Below, one piece after another: positions 1-7,420 of a DNA stretch of 24,000 bases. The position numbers and the translations under genes are program-made. The notes under the pieces are model-generated. The model was not told where the DNA came from. It searched no databases and saw nothing but the letters and a program-made list of their open reading frames with translations. The stretch's first letter is position 1, and the number at the start of each line of letters is the position of its first letter. The DNA lies in NCBI GenBank assembly GCA_964537655.1, contig CAZICN010000008.1, forward strand, positions 5,499-29,498, given 5' to 3'. Source of the DNA: an uncultured Aestuariivirga sp. (lineage in GTDB: Bacteria; Pseudomonadota; Alphaproteobacteria; Rhizobiales; Aestuariivirgaceae).

Positions 1-540
1 CACGGCATTGTTGCTCTGCCCGTCGGCCGAGAGCATCTGCAATTCGCGGCCGAGAACGCCCTTTTCGCCCGAATCGATCAGGATGTCGTCATCCTCGTCA
101 TAGACGAGATCGGTGACCGACTTGTCGCCGCCCGCATCCACCACATCGAGCTTGGTGCCTTCCTTGCTGATGACCGGCGGCTTCTTGGCGACCTGCGCCT
201 CGGCGCCGAGGAAGCCGGCGCCGATATTGGGAGCGCCCTTGAGCGTCTTGCCCTCGTTGATCTCCTTCACCGCGAGCTGCGCGGCGTGCAGCTTCTGCAG
301 GCCATAGACGGCGAGATTGCCCGATTCATCCTCGATGAAGCCGAGCTTCACCGGATCGCCCGCCTGGGCGAAGGCGCTGCTCGCCGGGCCGAAGCCCTTG
401 AGATAGGCCGGGAGCGCCACGGCGGCGGTCACGCCGGCGGTGACGATGCCCTTGACGACGGTGCGCCGGTCGGTGGTGAGTTCGCTGCCGAGGGGCGCCG
501 CCTCGATGGCCTTGCCGTCATCCGGTTTGCGGTCGGTCAT
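1..540 (-). CDS. Amide/urea ABC transporter periplasmic substrate-binding protein (FmdD/UrtA-like, LIVBP fold). N-terminal 180 codons only; the 3' end lies beyond the window.
   Basis: My own translation from ATG (complement of 538-540): MTDRKPDDGKAIEAAPLGSELTTDRRTVVKGIVTAGVTAAVALPAYLKGFGPASSAFAQAGDPVKLGFIEDESGNLAVYGLQKLHAAQLAVKEINEG... It has a twin-arginine type signal (TDRRTVVKG plus a hydrophobic stretch) and an SD GGAAAGGGA upstream. The frame stays open to position 1, so it is absent from the ORF track for lack of a stop. It lies 23 nt downstream of amiR on the same strand. Confidence 0.7.
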   Translation of the reverse strand, partial: MTDRKPDDGKAIEAAPLGSELTTDRRTVVKGIVTAGVTAAVALPAYLKGFGPASSAFAQAGDPVKLGFIEDESGNLAVYGLQKLHAAQLAVKEINEGKTLKGAPNIGAGFLGAEAQVAKKPPVISKEGTKLDVVDAGGDKSVTDLVYDEDDDILIDSGEKGVLGRELQMLSADGQSNNAV

Positions 541-563
541 GTCAGTCCCTTTCCTGTTTCCCA

Positions 564-1175
564 TCATGCTGTCGTTTTCTTGTCTATGCTCGTGGTCTTG
601 CTGGTCAGGATCTGCGCCGAGAGCTCCTCGACCGAAATGCGCTTGCTCATGCTTTCCTTGCGCAGATAGCGATAGGCCTCCTCGTCATTGAAACCGAAGC
701 TCTGCATGAGCTGGATGATGGCCTTGACCACGATGCGCCGCGCACCCTGGCGCTCCTGGATGCTCGCCAGTTTTCCCTGCACCTGCTGGCGCCGCTGCTT
801 TTCGTTGAAGGCGAAGAACAGCGCCGTATAGACGCCATTCGACTTCACCGGCTTCATCAGCACCGCCGAAGGCTCGATGTCGAAGGCGCGCTGCAGGCGG
901 CTGGGCGATTCGATGCCGATCACCGCGACGACCGGCAGCAGCGAGCTGGCGACCGCCGGCACGAACTGTGCGTCCAGCATGTCGGCGTCGACGAAGACGA
1001 TATCGGCGGCGGCGATGGCGGTCTTGAGGTCGCCGGCGCTGCCCTGCGGGTCGAAATGATGCGGGCTGACGCCCAGGCGGCCGAGGATGTTGCGCAGCGC
1101 CTGCTGGTTGCGGTCCTCGGGCATGACCAGGAGGGCGGAACAGCCGCGGAAATTCTGCACCGGCCTGCTCGTCAT
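564..1175 (-). CDS. amiR: AmiR-type response-regulator-like ANTAR RNA-binding antiterminator
   Basis: Inner start MTSRPVQNF... of the 564..1355 ORF. Its ATG overlaps the amiC stop (ATGA at 1172-1175), suggesting translational coupling. The C-terminus (RRIVVKAIIQLMQSFGFNDEEAYRYLRKESMSKRISVEELSAQIL) looks like an ANTAR domain. Confidence 0.8.
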   Translation of the reverse strand: MTSRPVQNFRGCSALLVMPEDRNQQALRNILGRLGVSPHHFDPQGSAGDLKTAIAAADIVFVDADMLDAQFVPAVASSLLPVVAVIGIESPSRLQRAFDIEPSAVLMKPVKSNGVYTALFFAFNEKQRRQQVQGKLASIQERQGARRIVVKAIIQLMQSFGFNDEEAYRYLRKESMSKRISVEELSAQILTSKTTSIDKKTTA

Positions 1176-2338
1176 TTGACGACCCTCAGATTGCCGGGCC
1201 GCGCCGGCCGCTCGTGCCGGACATCGGCCCAGATCAGATAGGGGTCGGGTTTGATCGGCTGGCTCGCCTCGAAAATGATGTCGAAGCCGCCGGCCTTGTT
1301 GGAGATGCCGATGCGCGGCGTCAGGTAGCTGTGCCGGTTGTCGTTGTCGATGCACACCCGTCCCTGCGGCGCCTCGAATTCGATATGCGAGAGAACGGCG
1401 CGCACCGCCGGCATGTCGTCGCTGCCGGCCGCGTTCAGCGCCCGCGCCAGCAGATGGACGGCGTTGTAGGAGGCTTCGGCATCGGCGGAGGTGGCGCGCT
1501 GGCTGGGAAAGCGCCGGCGATAGGCGCGGGCAAAGGCGGCATTGACCGGCGTGCCGATGCTTTCGAAATAGACCGAGGACGAGATATGGCCGTCGCAGGC
1601 GGCGCTGCCGATCTCGGCGAGCTCGGGCTCGGAAAGGCTGCAGCTCGCCACCGGCATGGCGCGCGCCTGGTCGAGGCCGGCGCGCTCGCAGGCGCCGCGC
1701 AGCGCCCGGAAGAAGGCATAGGCCGAATCGCCGATCAGCGTGTTGAAGATGAAGTCCGGCCGGTAGTCGAGGATCTGCTTGACGATCGCGTCATGGTCGG
1801 TGTCGCCGACCGGCGCATAGCGCTCGGCCAGCACGCTGCCCTGGGCGGCGAGCACCGCCTCGCGCATGATCTTGTTGTTTTCCCACGCCCAGATGTAGTT
1901 GGAGCCGATGAAGTAGGCTTTGTTGCCGTAGCGCTTGAGCAGGAAGTCGGCCAGCGGCACGATATGCTGGTTCGGGCTGGCGCCGGTATAGACGACATTC
2001 TCGCTGCTCTCGAAGCCTTCATAATGCGAGGGATACCAGAGGAGCCCGTCATATTTCTCGAAATAGGGCAGCACTTCCTTGCGGCTCGACGATGTATAGC
2101 AGCCGACGACATGGACCAGCCGCTCGTCGATGAGCATCGACTTGACGTGCCGCGCATAGGAGCTGTTCAGCCCCTGGGGATCGGCCGTTACCGGTTCGAG
2201 GGTGAAGGGAAGGCTGGCGCTGCCATTGACCTCGTCTATGGCGAGGAGCGCGCCATTCAGCATCGCCTGGCCGATCGTGGCATAGGGCCCGGTGCTCGAG
2301 AACAGAAGTCCTAGCCGATGCCTGCCCTTCATGCGCAT
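1172..2338 (-). CDS. amiC: AmiC-like amide-sensing negative regulator (periplasmic-binding-protein fold, cytoplasmic)
   Basis: 388-aa ORF, LGLLFSSTGPYATIGQAMLNGALLAIDEVN..., LIVBP/AmiC-like with no signal peptide. It sits immediately upstream of, and is coupled to, the ANTAR gene, the classic AmiC-AmiR pairing. Confidence 0.8.
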   Translation of the reverse strand: MRMKGRHRLGLLFSSTGPYATIGQAMLNGALLAIDEVNGSASLPFTLEPVTADPQGLNSSYARHVKSMLIDERLVHVVGCYTSSSRKEVLPYFEKYDGLLWYPSHYEGFESSENVVYTGASPNQHIVPLADFLLKRYGNKAYFIGSNYIWAWENNKIMREAVLAAQGSVLAERYAPVGDTDHDAIVKQILDYRPDFIFNTLIGDSAYAFFRALRGACERAGLDQARAMPVASCSLSEPELAEIGSAACDGHISSSVYFESIGTPVNAAFARAYRRRFPSQRATSADAEASYNAVHLLARALNAAGSDDMPAVRAVLSHIEFEAPQGRVCIDNDNRHSYLTPRIGISNKAGGFDIIFEASQPIKPDPYLIWADVRHERPARPGNLRVVK

Positions 2339-2353
2339 GCCTTTCGGTTGCCC

Positions 2354-2390
2354 AAAAACAAAAAGCCCACGGGCCTTGGTCCCGGGGCTT
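2354..2390 (-). terminator. Rho-independent terminator read on the minus strand
   Basis: Minus-strand read: GAAGCCCCGGGaccaaggCCCGtGGGCTTTTTGTTTTTGG. Stems are 2363-2368:2385-2390 and 2370-2373:2381-2384, with one bulged nucleotide (2369) and a 7-nt loop. The stem is followed by T5-G-T5 (complement of 2354-2364). It lies downstream of the permease stop (2531) and about 15 nt upstream of the amiC ATG (2338). Confidence 0.75.
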
Positions 2391-2530
2391 CATCGCCGAT
2401 CACATCTGGTCTGGGGTATTCGATCAACACACATCTGCGGCATCGCCGCAGACCGAGCGTCCTTGCTCGGTGGAAAGTATTGCATCGGCGAAAAATCGCG
2501 TCAAGGGATTTGGCGCACCCGCCATTGCGA

Positions 2531-4483
2531 CTAGCCCATTCCCAGTTCGCTCTTGCGCCGCTTCGCCCAGGCGCCGATCAGCCGGTCGGCGATGATGCCG
2601 ATGAAGGCGATGCCGAGCCCGGCGAGGAGGCCGCGGCCGGTATCGGCGCCGGGCAGCGCCTTGTAGATTTCCTGGCCGAGATCGCGCGAACCGATCAGGG
2701 CCGTGATCGCCACCATCGCCAGCGCCATCATGATCGTCTGGTTGATGCCGAGCAGGATTTCCGGGAAGGCGATGGGAAGCTCCACCTTGCGCAACCGCTG
2801 CCAGCCGGTGGCGCCCGCCGCCGTCGCCGCCTCGATCGTGGCGGTGGGCACCCGCATCAGCCCCAGATAGGTGAAGCGGATCGCCGGCACCGTCGCATAG
2901 GCCAGCATGGCGATCACATTCGAGAGATCGCTGGTCTGGAACAGCATGATCACCGGAATGAGATAGATGAAGCTCGGAAAGGTCTGCAGCGTGTCGCAGA
3001 TGGTGTTGATGATGCGCGCCGCGAACGGCCGGCGCGCCGCCCAGATGCCGAGCGGGATGCCGATCAGCACGCACAGGAAAGTGGTGCTGGTGACGAGATA
3101 GAGAGTGAGCATCATGGGCGTCCAGAAGCCCGCGACCATCAGGAATCCGAACAGCGCGACCGGCAGCAATGCCAGGCGCCAGCCGCCGAAGTGATGGCCG
3201 GTCATCGCCAGGGTGCCGATGACCACGGGCCAGGGCAGCCAGAGATAGAAGTCGCGCAGCGGCAGGAGCATCCAGATGGTGATGCCGTCGCGCACCGGCT
3301 TCACATAGGGGAACAGGTTGCGCGACACCCAGCGCACCGCGTCGTTGATGGGCCCGCCATAGGACAGCGTCAGCTCGCGCGGCAGCACCGCCAGCGCCGG
3401 CACGATCTTGGCGAGCAGGATCGATGCGACGATGAGCAGGAGGAACGCGCTGAGATGTTTATGCCGCACATGCCAGGGCGCGCCGGCGGGCGGGCGCTCG
3501 GGCAGTCTGCGCATATAGGCCTGCGTCATGCGGTCGAGCACGATGGCGATGAGGGTGATCGCCACGCCCTGTTCCACCGCCTTGCCGATCTGCAGTTGCT
3601 GCAGCGAGAACAGCAGCTTCTGGCCGAGGCCCGAGGCGCCGACGAGGGAGGCGATCACCGCCATGGCGAGCGTCTGCATGACGACCTGGTTGAGGCCGAG
3701 CAGCAAAGTGCGCTCCGCCGCCGGCAGCTCGACCTTCCACAGGAGCTGCAATGGTGTGCAGCCTGACATCTGCCCGGCCTCGATGATGTCCTTGGGCACG
3801 GTGCGGATGCCGAGGATGGTGCAGCGCGCCATGGGCGGCAGCGCGAAGATCAGCGTGGCGAGCATCGCCGGCACCTGGCCGAAGCCGAACAGGATCACCA
3901 CTGGCCCCAGATAGGCCATATGCGGCGTCGCCTGCATCACGTCGAAGATCGTGTTGAGCACCCGCTCGGCGGCTGCACTGCGTGTCGCCCAGATGCCGAG
4001 CAGGAGGCCCGAGATCACGGCGAGCGGCACCGTGACGATGACGATGCCCAGCGTCTGCATCGCATCGGGCCACAGGCCGAAAATGGCGAGATAGAATGTG
4101 CCGAGGCCGGCGAGCAAGGCGATCGGCCGGCCGCCGATCCAGTGGCCGAGGATCGCCGCGGCGCCGACGACCGCGGGCCAGGGCAGCGGCGGCCATTTCC
4201 ACGCCGGGACGCCGCGGAACAGCAGCGCCTCGACCAGGTTGAGGGGCTGCGCCAGGCACCAGGAGATGAAGCGGGTGATAGGTTTGGCCGTTGCCGCGAA
4301 CCAGACGAAGAAGTCGGTGACCCAGCCGCGCACCGGCACGATGAGCGTATCCGGCCATTTGTCGAGGAAGGGAATGGCCTGTGCGATGACGGCGACGGCC
4401 ACGACGGCGGCGATCGTCAGGGGCAATTGAAGACGCGTGGCCTGGGCCGCCTTGCCTTCGGCGGTGGCGGCCAGAACGTTCAT
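2531..4483 (-). CDS. Betaine/choline-family ABC transporter permease, fused double (ProW-ProW-like) membrane protein
   Basis: 650-aa, highly hydrophobic ORF with two internally similar halves (e.g. ...IFDVMQATPHMAYLGPVVILFGFGQVPAMLAT... and ...ICDTLQTFPSFIYLIPVIMLFQTSDLSNVIAM...). Its start overlaps the ATPase stop (ATGA, 4480-4483). Confidence 0.85.
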   Translation of the reverse strand: MNVLAATAEGKAAQATRLQLPLTIAAVVAVAVIAQAIPFLDKWPDTLIVPVRGWVTDFFVWFAATAKPITRFISWCLAQPLNLVEALLFRGVPAWKWPPLPWPAVVGAAAILGHWIGGRPIALLAGLGTFYLAIFGLWPDAMQTLGIVIVTVPLAVISGLLLGIWATRSAAAERVLNTIFDVMQATPHMAYLGPVVILFGFGQVPAMLATLIFALPPMARCTILGIRTVPKDIIEAGQMSGCTPLQLLWKVELPAAERTLLLGLNQVVMQTLAMAVIASLVGASGLGQKLLFSLQQLQIGKAVEQGVAITLIAIVLDRMTQAYMRRLPERPPAGAPWHVRHKHLSAFLLLIVASILLAKIVPALAVLPRELTLSYGGPINDAVRWVSRNLFPYVKPVRDGITIWMLLPLRDFYLWLPWPVVIGTLAMTGHHFGGWRLALLPVALFGFLMVAGFWTPMMLTLYLVTSTTFLCVLIGIPLGIWAARRPFAARIINTICDTLQTFPSFIYLIPVIMLFQTSDLSNVIAMLAYATVPAIRFTYLGLMRVPTATIEAATAAGATGWQRLRKVELPIAFPEILLGINQTIMMALAMVAITALIGSRDLGQEIYKALPGADTGRGLLAGLGIAFIGIIADRLIGAWAKRRKSELGMG

Positions 4484-5505
4484 TTCGTCTGGCCGGGATA
4501 GAGTGCGGCGATCATCATCTCGCGGTTGATGGCGCCGACCGGCCGGCCCTCGTCGTCGATGACGGCGATGGACTTGTCGGAAGAGAGCACCAGCGCCGCC
4601 GCGTCGCCGATCTTGGCCGAAGCGAGGACATTCACGCCGTTGATCGGCACCGTCTCGTTGGACGCCACAGCGCCGACGGTGAGGATGCGGTCGCGCGGCG
4701 CGTTGCGGGTGAATTCGCGCACATAGTCGTCGGCCGGCTGCGACACCATCGCCTGCGGTGTCGCGAGCTGCACCAGCCTTCCGTCCTTCATGATGCCGAT
4801 CCGGTCGCCGAGCCGGATCGCCTCGTCGAAATCATGGGTGATGAAGACGATGGTCTTCTTCAGGAGCTTCTGCAGGCGCAGGAACTCGTCCTGCATTTCG
4901 CGCCGGATCAGCGGGTCGAGGGCGGAAAAGGGCTCGTCGAGGAACCAGATGTCGGGCTCGACCGCCAGCGAGCGGGCGATGCCGACGCGCTGCTGCTGGC
5001 CGCCCGAGAGCTCGCGCGGGAAATGATCCTCGCGGCCCTCGAGGCCGACGAGCTTGACCATCTCGCGCGCCCGGCCTTCGCGTTCGTCACGCGAAGCCCC
5101 GCGCACTTCCAGCGGAAAGGCTACATTGGACAGCACGCTGCGATGCGGCAGCAGCCCGAAATGCTGGAACACCATGCCCATCTTGTGGCGGCGCAGTTCG
5201 ATGAGCTCGGCGGCACTGGCCTTGAGGAGGTCGTTGCCGTCGAGCAGGATCTGCCCGGCGGTCGGATCGTTGAGCCGGGTGATGGCGCGGATCAGCGTCG
5301 ATTTGCCGGAGCCCGAGAGCCCCATGATGATCAGGATCTCGCCCGGATAGACGTCGAAGGACACATCGCGCACCGCGCCGATATGCTTGGTCTCAGCGAA
5401 ATGTCCGTCCTCGGGGGCGCCGCCATGCCGCGCCATGAAGCCCGCGGGATCGGGACCGAATATCTTCCACAGGTTGCGGCAGGAGATTTTCGCGCTGGTG
5501 GTCAT
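4480..5505 (-). CDS. Quaternary-amine (ProV/OpuAA-like) ABC transporter ATP-binding protein with C-terminal CBS-like region
   Basis: Walker A GLSGSGKST, signature LSGGQQQRVGIARS, Walker B IWFLDEPFSALD. The C-terminal about 90 aa resembles the CBS regulatory module of ProV-type ATPases. Confidence 0.9.
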   Translation of the reverse strand: MTTSAKISCRNLWKIFGPDPAGFMARHGGAPEDGHFAETKHIGAVRDVSFDVYPGEILIIMGLSGSGKSTLIRAITRLNDPTAGQILLDGNDLLKASAAELIELRRHKMGMVFQHFGLLPHRSVLSNVAFPLEVRGASRDEREGRAREMVKLVGLEGREDHFPRELSGGQQQRVGIARSLAVEPDIWFLDEPFSALDPLIRREMQDEFLRLQKLLKKTIVFITHDFDEAIRLGDRIGIMKDGRLVQLATPQAMVSQPADDYVREFTRNAPRDRILTVGAVASNETVPINGVNVLASAKIGDAAALVLSSDKSIAVIDDEGRPVGAINREMMIAALYPGQTK

Positions 5506-5582
5506 CCGTCTACCTTACCGCAAAAAAGCGGGGAGCGGGCGCGGCGGCTTGGCCGCGCCCGCGGGGTTCCGGCAAGGGCGAC

Positions 5583-6536
5583 TTATTGCAGCCAGGCCTT
5601 CCAGACCGCCTCGTTCTCGGCGACCCACTTCTTGGCCGCGTCCTCGGGCGTCATGCCCTCGACATCGACCATGGCGGCGGCGGCCGCGATCTGCGGATTG
5701 GTGAAATTGACCTTCTTCAGGATCGCGGTCGCCTTCGGCCATTTTTCGGCGAGCTGCTTCGAGCCGGCCTTCTTGAGATAACCCTTGGCCGGGGCGCCGC
5801 AATCATAGACGGCGTCGGGATTCATGCCCCATTTGGGATCCGACAGGCAGGCCGGCTCATAGGTCGGGAACTCGACGAACTGGCCATCGAACTTCGCCTC
5901 GATGAAGTTCGGCGTCCAGTTGAACAGCACGATCGGTTCCTTGCGGTCATAGGCGGCCTGCAGTTCCGCCCACAAGGTCGCCGCCTGGCCGACCGGCACT
6001 TCCTGGAAGTTCATCTTCAGCGCCTGGATGCGCTCGGAATAGTGTTTGCCCCAGTCGGCCGGCGGTCCGACGAACCGGCCCTTGCTGCCGGTCTCGGCGG
6101 TGGCGAGCTTGCCGGCGCAGGCATCGAGCGCCTTCCAGTCGGGCAGGCCCGGGCACATCTCGTTCATGTATTTCGGATACCACCAGTCCTCGCGCGTCAC
6201 CGCTTCATGGGCGCCGAGGTCGATGGCGCCGCCGGCGATCGCCTTCTCGAAGGATTCGGCCTGCGAGCCTTCCCAGACCTCGACCTGGAAATCCATGTCG
6301 CCGGCCGCCAGCGCCGTATATTGCAGCTGCGTGTCGGAGGATTTGTATTCGACATTATTGCCCTGCGCCTGCAGGATCTGGCCGACGACATTGGAGAGCA
6401 CGAGCTGGCTCGTCCAGTTGTTGGTCACGATCTTGATCGGATCGGCGGAATCTTCCGCCCATGCCGCGGCGCTGACGCTCATCAGCATCGCGGCGCCCGT
6501 CAGACTGGTCCTTGCAATTGTCCTGATCGATTTCAT
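5583..6536 (-). CDS. Betaine/choline-family (ProX-like) periplasmic substrate-binding protein; candidate TMAO/methylamine binder
   Basis: MKSIRTIARTSLTGAAMLMSVSAAAWA signal peptide. SD GGAGAGGA lies 5-12 nt upstream of the ATG at 6536, which I prefer over the track start at 6551. ProX-like, Trp-rich sequence (NNWTSQ, VWEGS, EDWWYP, FNWTPNF). First gene of the ABC operon. Confidence 0.85.
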   Translation of the reverse strand: MKSIRTIARTSLTGAAMLMSVSAAAWAEDSADPIKIVTNNWTSQLVLSNVVGQILQAQGNNVEYKSSDTQLQYTALAAGDMDFQVEVWEGSQAESFEKAIAGGAIDLGAHEAVTREDWWYPKYMNEMCPGLPDWKALDACAGKLATAETGSKGRFVGPPADWGKHYSERIQALKMNFQEVPVGQAATLWAELQAAYDRKEPIVLFNWTPNFIEAKFDGQFVEFPTYEPACLSDPKWGMNPDAVYDCGAPAKGYLKKAGSKQLAEKWPKATAILKKVNFTNPQIAAAAAMVDVEGMTPEDAAKKWVAENEAVWKAWLQ

Positions 6537-6640
6537 GCGTCCTCTCCCCATTTGGGCGAGGCTGGCGTCGCTTGCCGCCTCGCTTGTGGATTCTTGATGT
6601 GAGCCCCGGCAGGCAAGGCTATCGGTGCCGTGTTAATGCG

Positions 6641-6692
6641 TTGGTAGAGCTTGGTGAAAGTAATGGCGGGTTTTGTGAAAAATTGTTAAAAG
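6641..6692. promoter_or_regulatory. Two pairs of adjacent decamer direct repeats in the divergent SBP/torR intergenic region (candidate TorR boxes)
   Basis: TTGGTAGAGC (6641-6650) and TTGGTGAAAG (6651-6660), then after 12 nt TTGTGAAAAA (6673-6682) and TTGTTAAAAG (6683-6692). A related TGTTAAT lies at 6631-6637. OmpR/PhoB-family regulators bind direct repeats of about 10 bp. Confidence 0.3.
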
Positions 6693-6700
6693 CAGGGGGC

Positions 6701-7420
6701 ATGAAGCCCTCAGCCGCCCATATCGTCATCGTCGAGGATGATCCTGTGACCCGGGCGAAGCTCGCGGCCTACTTCACCGAGGCCGGCTATCGCGTCAGCG
6801 AGGCGGAAGACGGCGAGGAGATGCGCGAGATCCTGGCCGAGCGTCCGGCCGAGCTCCTCATGATCGACATCCAGTTGCCGGGCGAGGACGGCCTGGCGCT
6901 CACGCGCGAGCTGCGCCAGGGCTCGGAAGTCGGCATCATCCTGGTCACCGGCCGCACCGACACGGTCGACCGCATCGTCGGGCTCGAGCTCGGCGCCGAT
7001 GATTATGTGACCAAACCCTTCGATCAGCGTGAGCTTCTGGCGCGAGTCAAGAATCTGCTGCGGCGGGTGCGCCGCGCGCCGTCGCCGCATGAAGCGGGCA
7101 CGGTGCGCCGGTTTCTCGGCTGGACGCTCGATCTCGCCAGCCGCACCTTGCGCGGCGCGGATGGCGATTTCGCCGATCTCACCCGCGCCGAGTTCAAGGC
7201 CCTGGCGCTGCTCTCGGCCAATCCGGGCCAGGTTCTGTCGCGCGACCGGCTGCTGCACGAGATCGCCCATCGCGACTGGGATCCGGCCGACCGCACCGTC
7301 GATGTGGTGATCAGGCGGCTGCGCCAGAAGCTCGGCGATGACTCGCGCCATCCGCGCATCATCGTCACCTCGCATGGCGAAGGCTATCTGTTCGCGCCCA
7401 CTCTCGGCCGCTCGTCCTGA
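6701..7420 (+). CDS. torR: OmpR/PhoB-family response regulator, TorR-like
   Basis: Inner start [30 protein letters not shown]... with SD AGGGGG upstream. It is close to collinear with E. coli TorR as I recall it (HIVIVEDEPVT..., [31 protein letters not shown]). It sits next to TorS- and TorT-like genes. Confidence 0.8.
   Translation: MKPSAAHIVIVEDDPVTRAKLAAYFTEAGYRVSEAEDGEEMREILAERPAELLMIDIQLPGEDGLALTRELRQGSEVGIILVTGRTDTVDRIVGLELGADDYVTKPFDQRELLARVKNLLRRVRRAPSPHEAGTVRRFLGWTLDLASRTLRGADGDFADLTRAEFKALALLSANPGQVLSRDRLLHEIAHRDWDPADRTVDVVIRRLRQKLGDDSRHPRIIVTSHGEGYLFAPTLGRSS

Noticed and set aside
1214-2314. Long ORFs antisense to real genes. Examples: 1214..2314+, 2318..3766+, 3459..4358-, 4834..5781+, 5586..6602+, 6710..7375-, 9268..10269+, 10486..11418-, 13228..14841-, 15943..16869-, 16995..17690-, 18525..19946-, 20057..20827-, 21371..22231-, 22304..23062+, 23475..23936-.
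   Set aside because: These are mirror-frame shadows typical of high-GC DNA. They are R/A/G/P/D-rich and low-complexity, have no recognisable motifs, and each fully overlaps a gene with clear family signatures on the other strand.
6572-6700. Upstream extensions of several track ORFs (torR from 6572, torT from 10294, GMC from 18273, DapA-family from 20000, SDR from 21344, amiR from 1355)
   Set aside because: The extensions cross intergenic repeats, promoters or upstream genes and lack an SD. The inner ATGs are preceded by SD-like sequences and align with the N-termini of the recognised families.
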